Part shown: positions 23,564-37,104 of the stretch, in pieces
Layout of the letters: the number at the start of each line of letters is the position of its first letter
Numbering within the stretch: position 1 is the first letter of the stretch
Assembly (NCBI RefSeq): GCF_009914755.1
Contig: NC_060930.1
Length of the DNA: 64,000 bases
Direction: 5' to 3' (one strand)
Source of the DNA: the human T2T-CHM13v2.0 reference genome, Homo sapiens
Position numbers and translations under genes: made by a program
The notes under the pieces: generated by a model
Database searches by the model: none
The model's input: only the letters and a program-made list of their open reading frames with translations
What the model was told of the DNA's origin: nothing

Positions 23564-24384
23564 CTGTCAACAAAAGACATTTTGAAATGGGGAGGCAGCG
23601 ATTAAACCAGCATCCTTAGCTAGCTCTTCTGTGATCTCTTTTGCTAACTTTTACATCTCCTGTGTCTTATTCCTGCATATGAACCTACCTTTTATTACTA
23701 AGTAAAAGAGAATTTTCAGAACTCTACTAAGAAGGAGGTAGATGTCTTTCTGAGTGCCCCTTCCAGGAGGATGGACACTGAAAAAAAGGAAAAGGGATAG
23801 ACAGGAAAATCTGCTTTCCCTACAGTGGTGTCTCCCCATCATCCACTTGGAATCATTCACACTAAATCTTTACCTTCCTATCAAGGCCTTAATGTGACCC
23901 ACAGAGACAATGCTTCCCTGGAACAGAACTGCCCTATAGGCATATTTCACTAAGATGATTGATGCTTCTTGCTGTGAGGAGCTACTGAGACATAAGTTAA
24001 GTGTGGCAACACCTAATCTCCATTTCAAAGTGGTCAGTACCCATTATCAAGGCTGCAATACCTGCACTGACTTTGCATAGAGGGAAATGATGACCCACAG
24101 AGGATGGTCATTCTGAATCTTGGCTCTCCCACTCATTACCTATAACCTCTATGTGTTTCAGTTCCTTCAGTGTAAAGTGGGAATAATGATCCCTACCTCA
24201 CTGGCTTATTGCAAAGATTAATAGAGAAAATACTTACAAGTGCCTACAATGGTACTTGACAGAATACTATGAATGCTGGGAGTTCTCAGTATGACTGAGT
24301 GATCCAGGCCATATTTCAGATTGAACAGGTTGAAGGGAATCCCCACTTTACCTCCAGAAAAGGTGGCTTTTAGTAGTCACTCAC

Positions 24385-24527
24385 CCGTGAACTGGGATTG
24401 TCCAATACAACAAAGATGACAAAGATATTTGCATTCCGGGCAGCCTGAACTGCTGCCAGGACTCTTTCTTTGCCCTCAAGGAAAAGGCCTCGCCCATCAG
24501 AGACTACCAGGAGGAGTTGTGCAGTTT
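24385..24527 (-). CDS. MDN1: MDN1 exon 101 (TAQLLLVVSDGRG...PSSR), MIDAS
   Basis: ctacag|AA ... CGG|gtgagt; 143 nt. Confidence 0.94.
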
Positions 24528-25361
24528 CTGTAGACCATATAAGACGAAGCAAGGGAATAAAATGAACAGCCATTTTTAATAACTCACAACTACCCAAAGT
24601 AGGACAAATTAGTGTAGGCTTTCTCTGTACTATTAAAGCTAAACAGACCTCTAAAGCTGATGAATTCTGGGCACAAACCTAAGGGACCTCTGATGAGATC
24701 TATCCCTTAGAATGCTTGAGTCAGAGACAAGGCATAATAAGGGATACTAAGTAAGCTTCTGTCAGTATAGAAGAATTTCTCAATAGTGCTTCAAGAAATG
24801 TTAAGTTCTGCTCAACTTCAAATTGTAGAGCAACATACTGTACATGAGAATTAAAACACTAGTTTATGGCTATAAACTTTAAAAATGATAGTACTGAGAA
24901 GGGCATTAGAAGAAAGTGGCCAAATCAGAAATCTGGAACTGTGTCTTCCAAATTTCAGTCGTTACATATAATCATCTTTAGATTTCTGTTAATTCCTTGT
25001 ACCTAATTTCTATATTTTTTTGCCCTTGAAATTTGACTTGTTTAAACAAAAACAAATAGAAAGGAAACACTCAACACTGAATAAAATGTTTTAAAATTTT
25101 TGCTACATAGTGTTTCCAGCTAAAGATTATATAGTACATGAGTTGAGGGTGGGCTGTTTTAGCAAATGTTGACAGGTGTGAATAACTTGCTTCCATCAAA
25201 ATCTGAAGCTTCTGCATGATACACTGAGAACAGTGAGAGATTTTTGGAAAAGAACTAAATAATTGGCATGTTTCAAGCCCCCAAAGTAAATGTGGTTGGA
25301 TTAGCTGGTTTTTATATTATGTCCTTCTCTACTTTCCTCTGTTATTAAAATATTAGAGAAT

Positions 25362-25607
25362 ACAGTACTTGCAGGGGGCTGGTTTCAGGACACACACCCC
25401 CTCACCCCCAGTATACCAGAATACACACATATTCAAGTCCAGAGATGGCCCTGGAGAACCCGCATACATGAAAAGTTGGCCCTCCATATACTCGGGTTTT
25501 GCATCCCTCAAATGCTGAATTTTCAATCCACTTTTGGTTGGAAAAACTCCATGTGTAAGTAGACCTGATCTGTACAGACAAACCTGTGGTATTCAAGGGT
25601 TAATTGT
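25362..25607 (+). mobile_element. MER8-like Tigger-derived DNA element
   Basis: gaacccgcatacatgaaaagttggccctccatatac...ttcaagggttaattgta. Confidence 0.75.
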
Positions 25608-25909
25608 AGCCTTTATATTTAATTCCACACACACCTTGCTCCTTTCTCTTATAAATCTGAACTCAAGTAAGTATATACTAGTTAGTGTCTAGATCCCCCA
25701 TTGATTATAAGCCTCATGAGTACAGGTTCAACAAAAATTTCTGAATGAATGAATAAATAAGTAAAAATCAGCTCCATCAATTTATGTCTTTTCCTGTGGA
25801 GCATACCTATTAAAACACAGTGACGGGGACACTGAGCTGAAGCAAGCAGCTTGGGAATATAGAGTACAAGAAAGCATTTTGTTAATGAAGAGGAAGGCAT
25901 GCAGCTCAC

Positions 25910-25973
25910 CTGAACTGATGTTCTGCGAGAGCTGCTGAGCAGCTGCAAACATGTTGGCAACAGACTCTAGAAA
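25910..25973 (-). CDS. MDN1: MDN1 exon 100 (FLESVANMF...NISS)
   Basis: gtttag|TTT ... TCAG|gtgagc; 64 nt. Confidence 0.92.
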
Positions 25974-27401
25974 CTAAACCGGAACCAGGAATAGACAATT
26001 AGAAAACTATGTGAATGCTCTTCTCATTGTCAAAGAGACTGATAGTATTTCTGACATTGAAGTGATTATCAGATAACCACCTCAGGTTTACAGACCATCA
26101 ACTAACTGTCCCTTCTGGCCGTATGTAGTTAAAAAAGGAGGATCCTTGGATACAGACATTCTGTTTTTTAATTATTATTTTTTGAGAGAGGGTCTCACTG
26201 TGTCACCCAGGCTGGAGTGTAGTGGCACGATCTCATCTCACTGCAGCCTCGATTCCTGGGCTCTGCCTCAGCCTGCCGCCAAGTAACTAGCACTACAGGT
26301 ATGTGCCACCACACCTGGATAATTATTTTTGTCTTTTGTAGAAATGAGGTCTCACTATGTTGACAAGGCTGGTTTTGAACACCTGGCCTCAAGCGGTCCT
26401 CACACCTCAACCTCCCAAAGTGCTGGGATTACAAGTGTGAGCCACCATGCCTAGATGATACAGGCATTCTCAAGCACAGGTGAGACGTTTCTCTAACATA
26501 TAACCCACTAGAGTTCTGGAAGATACCCCAAAGGAAAAGAAGTGCTTCCCTGGGGCATAAGAAATCAATACTCCCTCAAATAAACCAAACAGCTGTCTTC
26601 TTTCAAGAACAGAAAACAACTGAGCAAAAGAGAAGGCAAGAAAATACAAAATGTCCAGGGCAGCCTAGAAAAAGCAAACTGAATCAGAGCAGGACCCAGG
26701 AGAAATATGATCCCATGCTGTTTTGAACTTTTGTTCTCTTAAGTAAGTCACTGGCTTTACTTCATATCATTTCTTCTCTAAGCTTAATGAGGGAGAAAAA
26801 TAGGTCTTGGCCCAGCTGATAAGGGTATGGGAGATGGGTTTGTTTTTGCAGAATGTTCCAAACTACTCAGAAAAAAAAGTAGGGAGCTAGAAAACCAATG
26901 ATGCAAAGTCAAGTGATCCTTGAGGAACTGAGAAAAAGAAGTCACACCTTGTTTTATAATGGATGCTAAGGAAGCTTCTATTCCAGTGGTACACAGGCTG
27001 AGGTTTGGGACTATCCCTGTCCTAATACTGTATGCGGTGGAGGGTGGTTCTCAGCCCAGCATGGTGGTAATCCCAACACTTCGGGAGGCCAAGAAGGGAG
27101 GATCACTTGAACCCAGGAATTTTAGACCAGCCTGGGCAACAAAGTGAGACCCTGTCCCTACAAAAAATAAAAATTAGCCAGACATGGTAGCATGCGCCTG
27201 TAGTCCTAGCTACTAGGGAGGCTGAGGCAGGAGGACTGCTTGAGCCCGGGAGTTCGAAGCTATAGTGAGCTATGATGGCGCCATTGTACTCTAGCCTGGG
27301 TGACAGAACAAGGTCCTGTCTCAAAAATAAAAATGTTCTCCCTCCAACCTACACCAGTTTAAAAATAACTGTGCAGAAGACATTTTATTTCATCCTCTTA
27401 C

Positions 27402-27516
27402 CTGAGCAATCTTGGTTTTCTTTTGTTGGAATTTGCAGAGACGTAGAATCTGGGACCCAGAGTAATCACTGAACTGCTCATGAAATGGGTGTAACAGCTT
27501 TACAGATTCTCCAAAA
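27402..27516 (-). CDS. MDN1: MDN1 exon 99 (FGESVKLLHPF...KTKIAQ)
   Basis: ccccaag|T ... CAG|gtaaga; 115 nt. Confidence 0.93.
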
Positions 27517-27625
27517 CTTGGGGGAGGAAAACCAAATACAACAGGAGTTATTTTTTGGCTGTGTGATCAAAATAACCAAACAGGTTGTGAAAAGTTTTCA
27601 TAAAGGAATTACAAAGCAACCTTAC

Positions 27626-27699
27626 CTACACACTGCAATCTGACCCACTTCCAGGAGGGTTAGAGCATTTCCAATCACAGCCAAAGATTCAAATGCAAG
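27626..27699 (-). CDS. MDN1: MDN1 exon 98 (LAFESLAVIG...IAVC)
   Basis: tcacag|CTT ... AG|gtaagg; 74 nt. Confidence 0.93.
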
Positions 27700-29278
27700 C
27701 TGTGAATTAGAAAGTTAATGATTTTAGGAATCAGAATATCCTCTAAACCAGAGCCTCTCAACTATTTTTTGCATCAAGATTCCCAAAGAAAACATTTTTT
27801 TGTTTGGCAAGTAGAGGAATAACATCAGTAAGGCTACTATAGTCACAACAAACCCAAAGGCTTTGGTGGCCTGGTACCACAAATGTTGAAACCTAGAATC
27901 CATTACACTGATAGGAATGGTCTGCTGTAGACATCGAATAAAAAGTGACCTTGAGGGCCAGGCGTGGTAGCTCACACCTGTAATCCCAGCACTTTGGGAG
28001 GCCAAGGAGGGAGGATCACTTGAGTCCAGGAATTCAAGAGTAGCCCAGGCAACACAGCAAGACCCCACATCTGTGGTCCCAGCTACTTGGGAGGCTGAGG
28101 TAGGAGGATCACCTGAGCCCAGGAAAGTTGAGGCTACAGTGAGCCACCTGGGCAACAGAGTGAAACCCTGTAACCCTGTCTTCAAAAAAAAAAAAAAAAA
28201 ACAATTTAGCCGGGCATGGTGACACACACCTATGGTCCCAGCTACTCAGGAGGCTGAAGTGGGAGGACTGTACTGCTTAAGCCCAGAAGGTTGAGGCCAC
28301 AGTGAGCTATGATCATGCCACTGCACTCCAGCCTAAGCAACAGAGCAAGACCCTGTCTTTAAAAAAAAAAAAAAAAAAGAAAGAAAGTGACCTTGAGAAA
28401 TATGGTCCATGAATTTTTCTTTCTTCTTTTTTGGACCTACATGAAGAGTAACCTCTTGTAGGTAAAAAATTTTAAAAACCAATTTAAAATCCATTCATAT
28501 ATATGTAGTCAGATCAGACTGTAGAACTATATCAGAAAATTTCATTACCATTTGCAATATGACAAAAGCAGCAGCAAACTGAGTGTTCTACATCTATTAT
28601 TTCATTTAATCTTCATAACAATTCTGCAAGTATGAGGTTATTACTATTCTATGTGTGCTTGTAAATATATATATTCCTCACTTTTCAGAAGGTGAAACTG
28701 ATAACTAAGAAATAAGTTGCCCAAAGTCATGTGTTAATAAATGGAGCTGGGATATGAACCCAGGTTCAGAGGCTACACTAACTTTTTCCAGCAGAACATA
28801 CAAATTTTAGGTTGCTTATTAGCCCATGCTGTATAACAGCATCACTGCCCAAAACAAACACTCTTTGGCATCTGTAATGGTGGTATAAGTAATTCTATTA
28901 AGGCTCCTAAACTTAATATTAGCACTGATAGAACAATAACTCTGGATAATTTCAGATATAAAAGAAATGTATCCTAGATACCTACCTAAACTATCTAAGA
29001 CTATGCAGTAATATCTGAAAACTTTGATTTTTTTTTTAACAGTACACTGTTGCATTTTCTGCAAAACAAGCACTATCAGATTTACTTATTCTGCAACTAG
29101 ACAGTTAAGAACAAACAGCAAGGTCAAGAAACAAAACAATGTAAAAGACCTACAACAGTAAGAAACTAACACATCTGAGACATCCTAAAATTGCCCTTTT
29201 GAACTCTTTAAATCTTAGGTCTTATCAAAGATGGTTATCACATTCTCAAAACAGGCCTAACAGGTATTTCAAAATGTT

Positions 29279-29324
29279 TTAGCCATATCATATTTAAAGC
29301 ATTAGCCATATCATATTTAAAGCA
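29279..29324. repeat. Perfect 23-bp tandem duplication ttagccatatcatatttaaagca x2
   Basis: Read directly. Confidence 0.9.
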
Positions 29325-29395
29325 TTTTGGTGGCCCATGGAACATAGCTTGATGTTAATTTCCTATCAAACTGCCACTGCATTTCTCTTCCTTAC

Positions 29396-29570
29396 CTGCT
29401 TGGTATGATTGTCTACCATACTAGAAGAGTCATCGATAGCCAAACAAATCTGATACTGGCGTTTACTGGGCTTGGTCCTTCGAAGCCAAATCTTGTCTTT
29501 CCGAAATTGACTAGCAATGTATGGAATGACTTTCCGTATGTTTAGTCGTTTCCCAGTTCGATAGTCTCCT
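29396..29570 (-). CDS. MDN1: MDN1 exon 97 (GDYRTGKRLNIRK...IDDSSSM...TKQ), MIDAS DxSxS
   Basis: aaatag|A ... CAG|gtaagg; 175 nt. Confidence 0.96.
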
Positions 29571-30103
29571 CTATTTATTCAAATGGGGGCAAAAATTAGT
29601 TAACAACTTTTAATTCCTGAGAATTTTTATTAAGGACAAAAATCACAATAATACCTTAAAACCAATAGCAAGTAACTAGGAACCTGGCACAATGAAGTGT
29701 TTCTGTCAATTGACGACTAAGGATCTTCTTGACCTCTAGCCAGAAAAACTGGACATGTATGTGGCAATAATAATTAGGTCCTTCCAGACACATTTTTAAA
29801 AATTAGGAAAAAATGCACTAAATAGGAATGATTTTGGACATCTTTGAAAAGATCTAGGTGAGTAACACCTATAGCAAGTGAATAGCTCAACATGTAACAA
29901 GGTGATCAATACAGACACCCAGAAACTTTTGTGCAGAGACAATAATAGGAAAACAGGGTAAGGAACAGCATACTGGTGCCTGTACGGCACAAGCGGCAAC
30001 CTAGAAGCTGGCACTATAAATGGTTAGGTGCCGCGTTCAACAGAATCAATGAAGCTGCCGTCTTCTCAGGGCACTGTGAGGCCTTCCAGAGGGGAAGACT
30101 TAC

Positions 30104-30219
30104 TTCAGCTTGGCTGCCTGGGTAGGCTCTAATATGAGACGAAGCTCTTCACATAACCGTTGTGAAAGAGGCGCTGTTAAGATCAGGTAACTCTGCCACA
30201 TCTCAGCTGCAACCTTCTC
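30104..30219 (-). CDS. MDN1: MDN1 exon 96 (EKVAAEMW...LRLILEPTQAAKL)
   Basis: tcacag|GAG ... AA|gtaagt; 116 nt. Confidence 0.94.
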
Positions 30220-30468
30220 CTGTGACAACAACAAAATGTAAGTTACCCTCAGAATGTCAGAGCCAACCAAGTCTTCTAGCAAGATGCAGGCTTTAAGCAA
30301 AGTGGTAGAAAATGACCTGCATGAACTTTCTCAACAGAAGCACTTTAAATCTTCTCCCAGCAAGCTACCATGTAATTTACTTGATTAAAAATGTCTCTCC
30401 TTCCAGCTGGGGGTGGTGGCTAATGCCTGGTAATCCCAGCACTTTGGGAGGCCGAGGCGGGTGGATCA

Positions 30469-31037
<569 letters not shown>

Positions 31038-31559
31038 TCAACACAAAGCCCCATGATTTTTCTGCCAACTATGGCAGAGCACTGAATACATATATGTGGT
31101 GGGAGTGATTATGACAATAGATATAAAAGTGAAATGTGTATATAATACAGTAAATTTCAGATGCAAAGTCATTAAAAATAAAACTGCTGGTTAATCCACA
31201 CTACCACGTTAAGTCAGCCAGCAGTGATCTAGCTGGCCTCTTCTTAGGATGGCACAGCATAGACTCTTGCCCAGTTTTTCAACCACTGTCACAACTATTA
31301 CATCCATTACAGAGCCAGCAACAGAAATTAAAGGAATTAAGCACACCAATTTCTGTTTTAATTAAGCTATAGATCTAACAGCAAAGCAGCCAGAAACTGA
31401 TGGACAGATCTGTAGGCTTTAGGATTGTAATTATATTCTCCATATGCCTGGTCCTTTTTATTAAGGTAATTGCTAAGAACCTATTAAGTTTGCTATATGT
31501 TGAACAAACAAAAAAAAAGTCGAGATATTTTATGAAAAAAACAGTGAGCAGTGACTTAC

Positions 31560-31649
31560 CTCCTCTGGGTTTCCAGATTCACGTGGCTGCCACATTTCCA
31601 GCTGTCTCTCCAGCTCCTGTCTTAGCTCATTGACATCTTTTAAAAAGGG
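31560..31649 (-). CDS. MDN1: MDN1 exon 95 (PFLKDV...GNPEE)
   Basis: tttttag|CCC ... GAG|gtaagt; 90 nt. Confidence 0.93.
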
Positions 31650-32359
31650 CTAAAAAGAAAAAGCCATAGATAAGAGGTGGCCCAGGTTGGAATCACCAAC
31701 TTAGTATCACTGGGTGTCTTCCGCCCTACAGTATGAACTCAAAGTACATAGTCAAATGCTCCTGAGATTCAAAACTTAATTCAGCAAATACAGTGGCACA
31801 ATGAGAAGATGCCAGACAAGCATTCTGCTTCCCTCTTAGAGAGACAATATGGATAAAGAAAACTTTAAACATTTATAAAGCCACTGTAGCAAAACAAAAC
31901 CCAAACACCCTTAAGTCATCAATAATGAAAATGTTATCTGATTAATCAAATAAGTCAAACTCTTAGCTCAAGAACTTAATTAAATAGCTCTTCATAAATA
32001 CAGGCACTAAGCCAAAGATTTTTTACTTAACCATCACAAACCTAATTGTCCTGAAGATTCCTTACACAAGGATGGTTAGAAAAGTGGGATGTGAGTCCCA
32101 GAGGCCAAGGACCAGACCCACCATCACAGACAGGTCAGGGCACTGTGACCCTGTGATTAATTGCTGGAACAGTATCACGTGCTTGAAGAACACCTATCAT
32201 ACCAATAGTATTCCTAAAAATTTTGAATAAGAACATGAAACCCCTCAACAACCAGATGTTCCATAAAGTTCTAAAGACAAAGATTTAAAACCAGTTTAAA
32301 ATTTTATTTTGTTAATTTATTAACACTATATTAATGCAGTAATTTGTGAGTTTTACTAC

Positions 32360-32523
32360 CTGGAAGATCGTGTCCATGAGGAATTGATGAGCTGTATGAA
32401 TGGTAGACTCTCGGCTTCTTTCTGGTTTCTCATTTTCTGTCTCCTTATGGGCTTTGTCTGTTCTGGGGTCTTGGTCTTCCTCTGTTTTAACAGTTTGGAT
32501 CTCCACTTCCATCTCATCAAAGC
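32360..32523 (-). CDS. MDN1: MDN1 exon 94 (FDEMEVE...DTIFQ)
   Basis: aaatag|GC ... CAG|gtagta; 164 nt. Confidence 0.93.
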
Positions 32524-33531
32524 CTATTTTCATTTAAGGACATAATTTTACTTATAATATTAGCCTGATGACTGACCAAGCCTTTGCTATTGCCTGTTAA
32601 TCCTGAAAATTAATCAAACTTCATTCATTCACTCTCCAACACATTTCCACATGTTGATTTCAGAGGTTCTTTCTCTCTGAGACACTCATTGCCAACCCTT
32701 ACTCTCTAAACTCCCCTCCTCCTCACCTGATGTTGAAGGCAGATGTTCTTGGAAAGGGAAATAGGGGAAATTTTGGGTTGTCCTAAGAAGCCTTGTAAAA
32801 CTGTATGATTCTTGAAACTATATGCATGTAAAACTTTGACAGAAATAAAAACTAAAAGCCACAATTCCATTTTACAGAAGAGGAAACAGGCAAAGAAAAG
32901 ATCAATAATTTGCTTCAACTTGTGAGGTGAGAGGCAAAGCCTGGCTTGTCACATAGGATAGTCAACCGTTCTAACAGTTCTAACGCTCCTGAGAGGACAG
33001 GAACTAAGCAGAAGAAAAAGCCTCTGAATTTGGCAAGTTCTTTTGAATTTGCATTTATTCCATTGCTGATGAAGCTATTTTTTTTGCCAAGTAATTAATA
33101 GAACTTGGTTAGCTATGAAAGGGAAACTCCTCATTCTATTTCTTTTAATATTTTACTGCATTTTATGCTAATAGCATATACTTTTATATAATTGAAAATA
33201 TCATTTCTCTAATACTATACCTTTTCATCATAGCTGTAGTAAGTGTACTATTCTGGTTTCTTCTACATATTTTTTAAAAACTGATGAGATTTTGCCAGAA
33301 ATTCAAGTTTCAGGGGACTCCTTAAAGGATGGTGTCCTGCAACACCCACCGCTGTCCATATTTTTGTTTTCTGGTCCCAAACAAAATATAGTGAAATTAT
33401 TATAGGCAATTCATTCATCTAAGCCATGGATTAGGACATGGAACTGAACACCAGACTAGATTATAGTGAGAGAGAACTGACTACTTCAAGTCAGAGCACC
33501 TGGGAAGGGTTTGTTCACTAGCAGGACTCAC

Positions 33532-33702
33532 CCAAGGGTGCTGTGGTGCCCGACTTGATTTCCTCTGGCTTCAGCTGCTCCACGTCTGCTGCTTTGAACT
33601 CCTCCTGCTCCTCTGTGTCCATAAGGGTGTCCTCTATCTCCTCCTCTTCCTGATCTTTGCCAGAGTCTTTTGCAGACTGTTGCTGTTCTTTGCTGGCCAC
33701 AT
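33532..33702 (-). CDS. MDN1: MDN1 exon 93 (VASKEQQ...TTAPL)
   Basis: tgacag|AT ... TTGG|gtgagt; 171 nt. Confidence 0.93.
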
Positions 33703-34039
33703 CTGTCAACAAAGCACGCACCCACACATAAAAATCCTAGGTCTTTGCAGAACAAAATAATAATAAGTGGGTATGGTTTCTGTCATTCTAGCTTCCAAAA
33801 TGCTAGTGATGCAAGTTGTGCCACTGACCAGCTATGTGGCTTGGAGACTTGTCTGTGCACAAGATTTCCTATTGACCTATTGACATAATGAACTGCCTGT
33901 TCCCTACCCCCTACAGAAATTATGAGGATATAATGTAACTATACATGTGACACTGGCTGCCTTCCGCCCTACAGTATGAACTCAAAGTACACCGTCAAAT
34001 GCTCCTGAGCATTTGACAAAATAGGGTGTTTAACTGGGC

Positions 34040-34255
34040 TATAGGGTGACTCTAACAATAATTTATTATATATTTTCAAATGACTAGAAGAGCAGATTTG
34101 AATGTTCCCAACACAAAGAAATGATAAATGTTTGAGGTGGTAGATAAGCTAATTATCTTGACTTGATCATTAAACATTGTATACATGTATCAAAACCTCA
34201 CACTGTACCCCACAAATACATATCATTATTATAGGTCAATTAAAAATAATAAAAA
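34040..34255 (+). mobile_element. L1MA-type 3' end fragment
   Basis: gaatgttcccaacacaaagaaatgataaatgtttgagg...cactgtaccccacaaata. Confidence 0.8.
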
Positions 34256-35069
34256 GTAGTAGAAAACAAGGCACAGAAAGACGAATAGGAATCCCAGCAT
34301 TGTGATCTTGCGTGAGTGAGTTCTTAAACCACCTGGCCTCAGTGTACTTAACTATACAACAGAGAGACTCTAGCTCATAGGATTAGTTGAGGAAGTTTAT
34401 GATCACGCAGCAAAGGCTCAGAAAAGTTTTTTGGCACAAAGCAAAAGCTCAATACATGGTAGCTACTGCTCTATTTTTTTTTTTAAGTGGGATCAAGGAG
34501 AGAAAAATGTAATCCAATGTAGAGCAGTCATTTTCGTACCATCCTAAATGGTAGATTATTCTCAATATAAGTTTACATATTAGGAATGAAACTGAAGTCA
34601 CCAAGAGAACCAGAAGGGGAGACTGACCAATGACCTCATGCTGAGACATTTTTCCTCCCTTTTGCACTTATGGAGAAAACACATATTTCAAATTCATAGC
34701 ACCTGTCAGTGCAGGGACCTATCCAGAGGTGACTAAGAAGAAAGAAATGTCCAGTACTAAGAAACCCTGATATCGGGGTTTGGATGTGAACAACTTATTT
34801 TTAACTATTATATTTAAGGATATTTAAAGAGTTTATACTAAACCAAGAAATCTTAACCATCTTCACTTGGTTACAGATACCTTTGTACCAAAAACAAACT
34901 GTATTTCTGCACATTTCTTATGTTTACAAAGCCATTTCCTCTCTCCCCTGATATAAGTGTATACAATCAGCTGCCAGGCACAGCTGACTTGACTTGATCA
35001 TTAAACATTGTATACATGTATCAAAACCTCACACTGTACCCCACAAATACGTATCATTATTATAGGTCA
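34157..35069. repeat. 82-bp dispersed direct repeat (34157-34238 and 34988-35069)
   Basis: 81/82 identical. Confidence 0.95.
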
Positions 35070-35131
35070 CATAGCACAAGCTCTCATAGAGAGCTCAGTG
35101 GGCAAAGGCAGCAGCTTTCCCAGGACCGTAC

Positions 35132-35336
35132 CATAGGTCTGTGCATCGTATGCGTCACTGCCTTGTTTAATGTGCTCGAATGCATCTGCATCCTCCACCT
35201 GGGCCTGGGGCTGCTGAGCTGGCCCCTGCTCGGCATGGCTGTCCGTATCCACAGTCCTCAGCCTCTTGTGCACACGCTCATTGTGATCACCCATGGAACG
35301 TTCATTGTCAGCCTGCCCAGGTTTCCTCTTAAAACT
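35132..35336 (-). CDS. MDN1: MDN1 exon 92 (SFKRKPGQ...DAQTY)
   Basis: tctcag|AGT ... TATG|gtacgg; 205 nt. Confidence 0.93.
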
Positions 35337-36068
35337 CTGAGAAATACAAGGAAATTCATCAGAGCCTTGCCTGTCATGACAAAAGGACTCAAAGTAAACA
35401 TAATATCCATCTATAGGGGACAGGATAAGTAAATCAGGTGTAGCCATACAAGAATGGAATTCAATACAGCTATTAAAAAGAACCGGGACTCTATATACTT
35501 ACATAGAACAATCTCTATGATATACTTTTATATCTAAAATGAAGGCAAAGAAACACACTTTCACACATCCATATATGTCATATATGCAGAAAATATCTCT
35601 GAAAGAAGGAATTGGTAACACCAATTTGCTCTGAGGAGGGTCCCTTGGGGACAGGAATAGGATGTAGGCTTTTAGGGGATTGGTTTTTTACACTAATTTT
35701 GCATCACGTGCATAAATTATACCCTACTTAAAAAAAAACTTACTCTTAAAAAAGCAAAAGCCTATGGACAATGAAAAGAGTGAGACGGTTTGTGCTGGGC
35801 AGCCGCACACAGCACTTGGCTCTTAAGACTTCATGGCCGGAATCAGGGGTCGGGGAGAGACACAGGCAGGGAAGAAGCCGTGACGGGATCCCACTGGGTA
35901 AACCCCATGGTCGTGGTCTGCTCACCAAGGCTGCTATCATATCTGATGCAACAACAACAAAAAAACCAGGAGTATAGCTTTTTTTTTTTTTTTTTTAAAG
36001 CACTACGTTTGGAACATCTTTTTCTACATGCTGCCTTCACCTAAGTTTAGCTGAGGAGTGATAGAAAC

Positions 36069-36170
36069 CTGTGTGTTTTTCCTGGTGTGCTTCTGGGAGG
36101 CCAACTGGGCAATGAAATTCGATTCATGGCCTTCTGCCTGGTTTGCATCTGCAGCTCCACTTCCGTGTTC
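36069..36170 (-). CDS. MDN1: MDN1 exon 91 (EHGSGAA...RKNTQ)
   Basis: tcctag|GAA ... CAG|gtttct; 102 nt. Confidence 0.92.
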
Positions 36171-37104
36171 CTAGGAAATCCAAGCCACAAAAGAATGAGG
36201 TGAAAGAAGCTATTACAAGTCCCTGGTTACTGTGCTGCATTGAATACAACTTCTCTCACTGCTGTCCTTTATTCTCAGTCATATAATCACTCCTGCCTAC
36301 CTGCCTGCCCTGGAACTCACCGTAACTAAGGCCTGGCCTACAGGCAGAAACAGGAGTGTCTAGGTACAGACCTTATGTTAACCTCTCAGGGGCCTTTGTA
36401 AGGCTGCTTAGTTCTTTGCAGGAATATTATGTCTCACTCCAAAGACAGGACAGACCTCAATTAGAAACCAGGCTTCATCATCAACCAGCTATGTACACTT
36501 GAGGTTGTCATTTAACTTTACTGAGGCTTATTTTTCTCAAATATACAATGAAGAAAATAGTACAATATCATCTATCTCATGGGGACATAGAGAGGACTTT
36601 CTGAAGTACTGAAAATGCTTAGCACCTAATGGGTGCTCAATGAATATTTGTGGTGGTGGTAGTCATACGGTATAAGCAATATAAATGGTTGTTATTGTCA
36701 GTAAGAACTAGGACTCAAAGAGACTAAAGTTGTCCAGAATCACCACTGTAACCAGCAGGTCCTGCGTTGACATCCCATGTTCTTTCCATAGCACCCAGCA
36801 ACCTGAATTGTGGCCATATCAGAACACATCACCACCAGATCAAAGAATGAAAAAGTTATCTGCTTTTTAAATTAGACGTTTAGAAACCTGATGATGAGCA
36901 AGGAAAAGCAAAACACCGTTAAAGGTATACATTGCCTGAAGTCTAAATTCCATGTTTCCTTCCTGGAGAGCTTTCTGAAAAACAACACGAACCTGATTCT
37001 CCCATCTAGAGCTACCAGTCTAACAACTTTTTCTTATTATGCACACCACTTAAATACAGCCGATATTCCGGGGTTTGTCCTGGGAGGCATATAAAAATAA
37101 GTAG

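Larger units (their letters stand above)
31708..34009. repeat. 59-bp dispersed direct repeat (31708-31766 and 33951-34009)
   Basis: 55/59 identical by hand alignment. Confidence 0.92.

Noticed and set aside
30000-30065. TATAAA plus a few CpGs suggesting an intronic promoter
   Set aside because: Isolated motif with no other support
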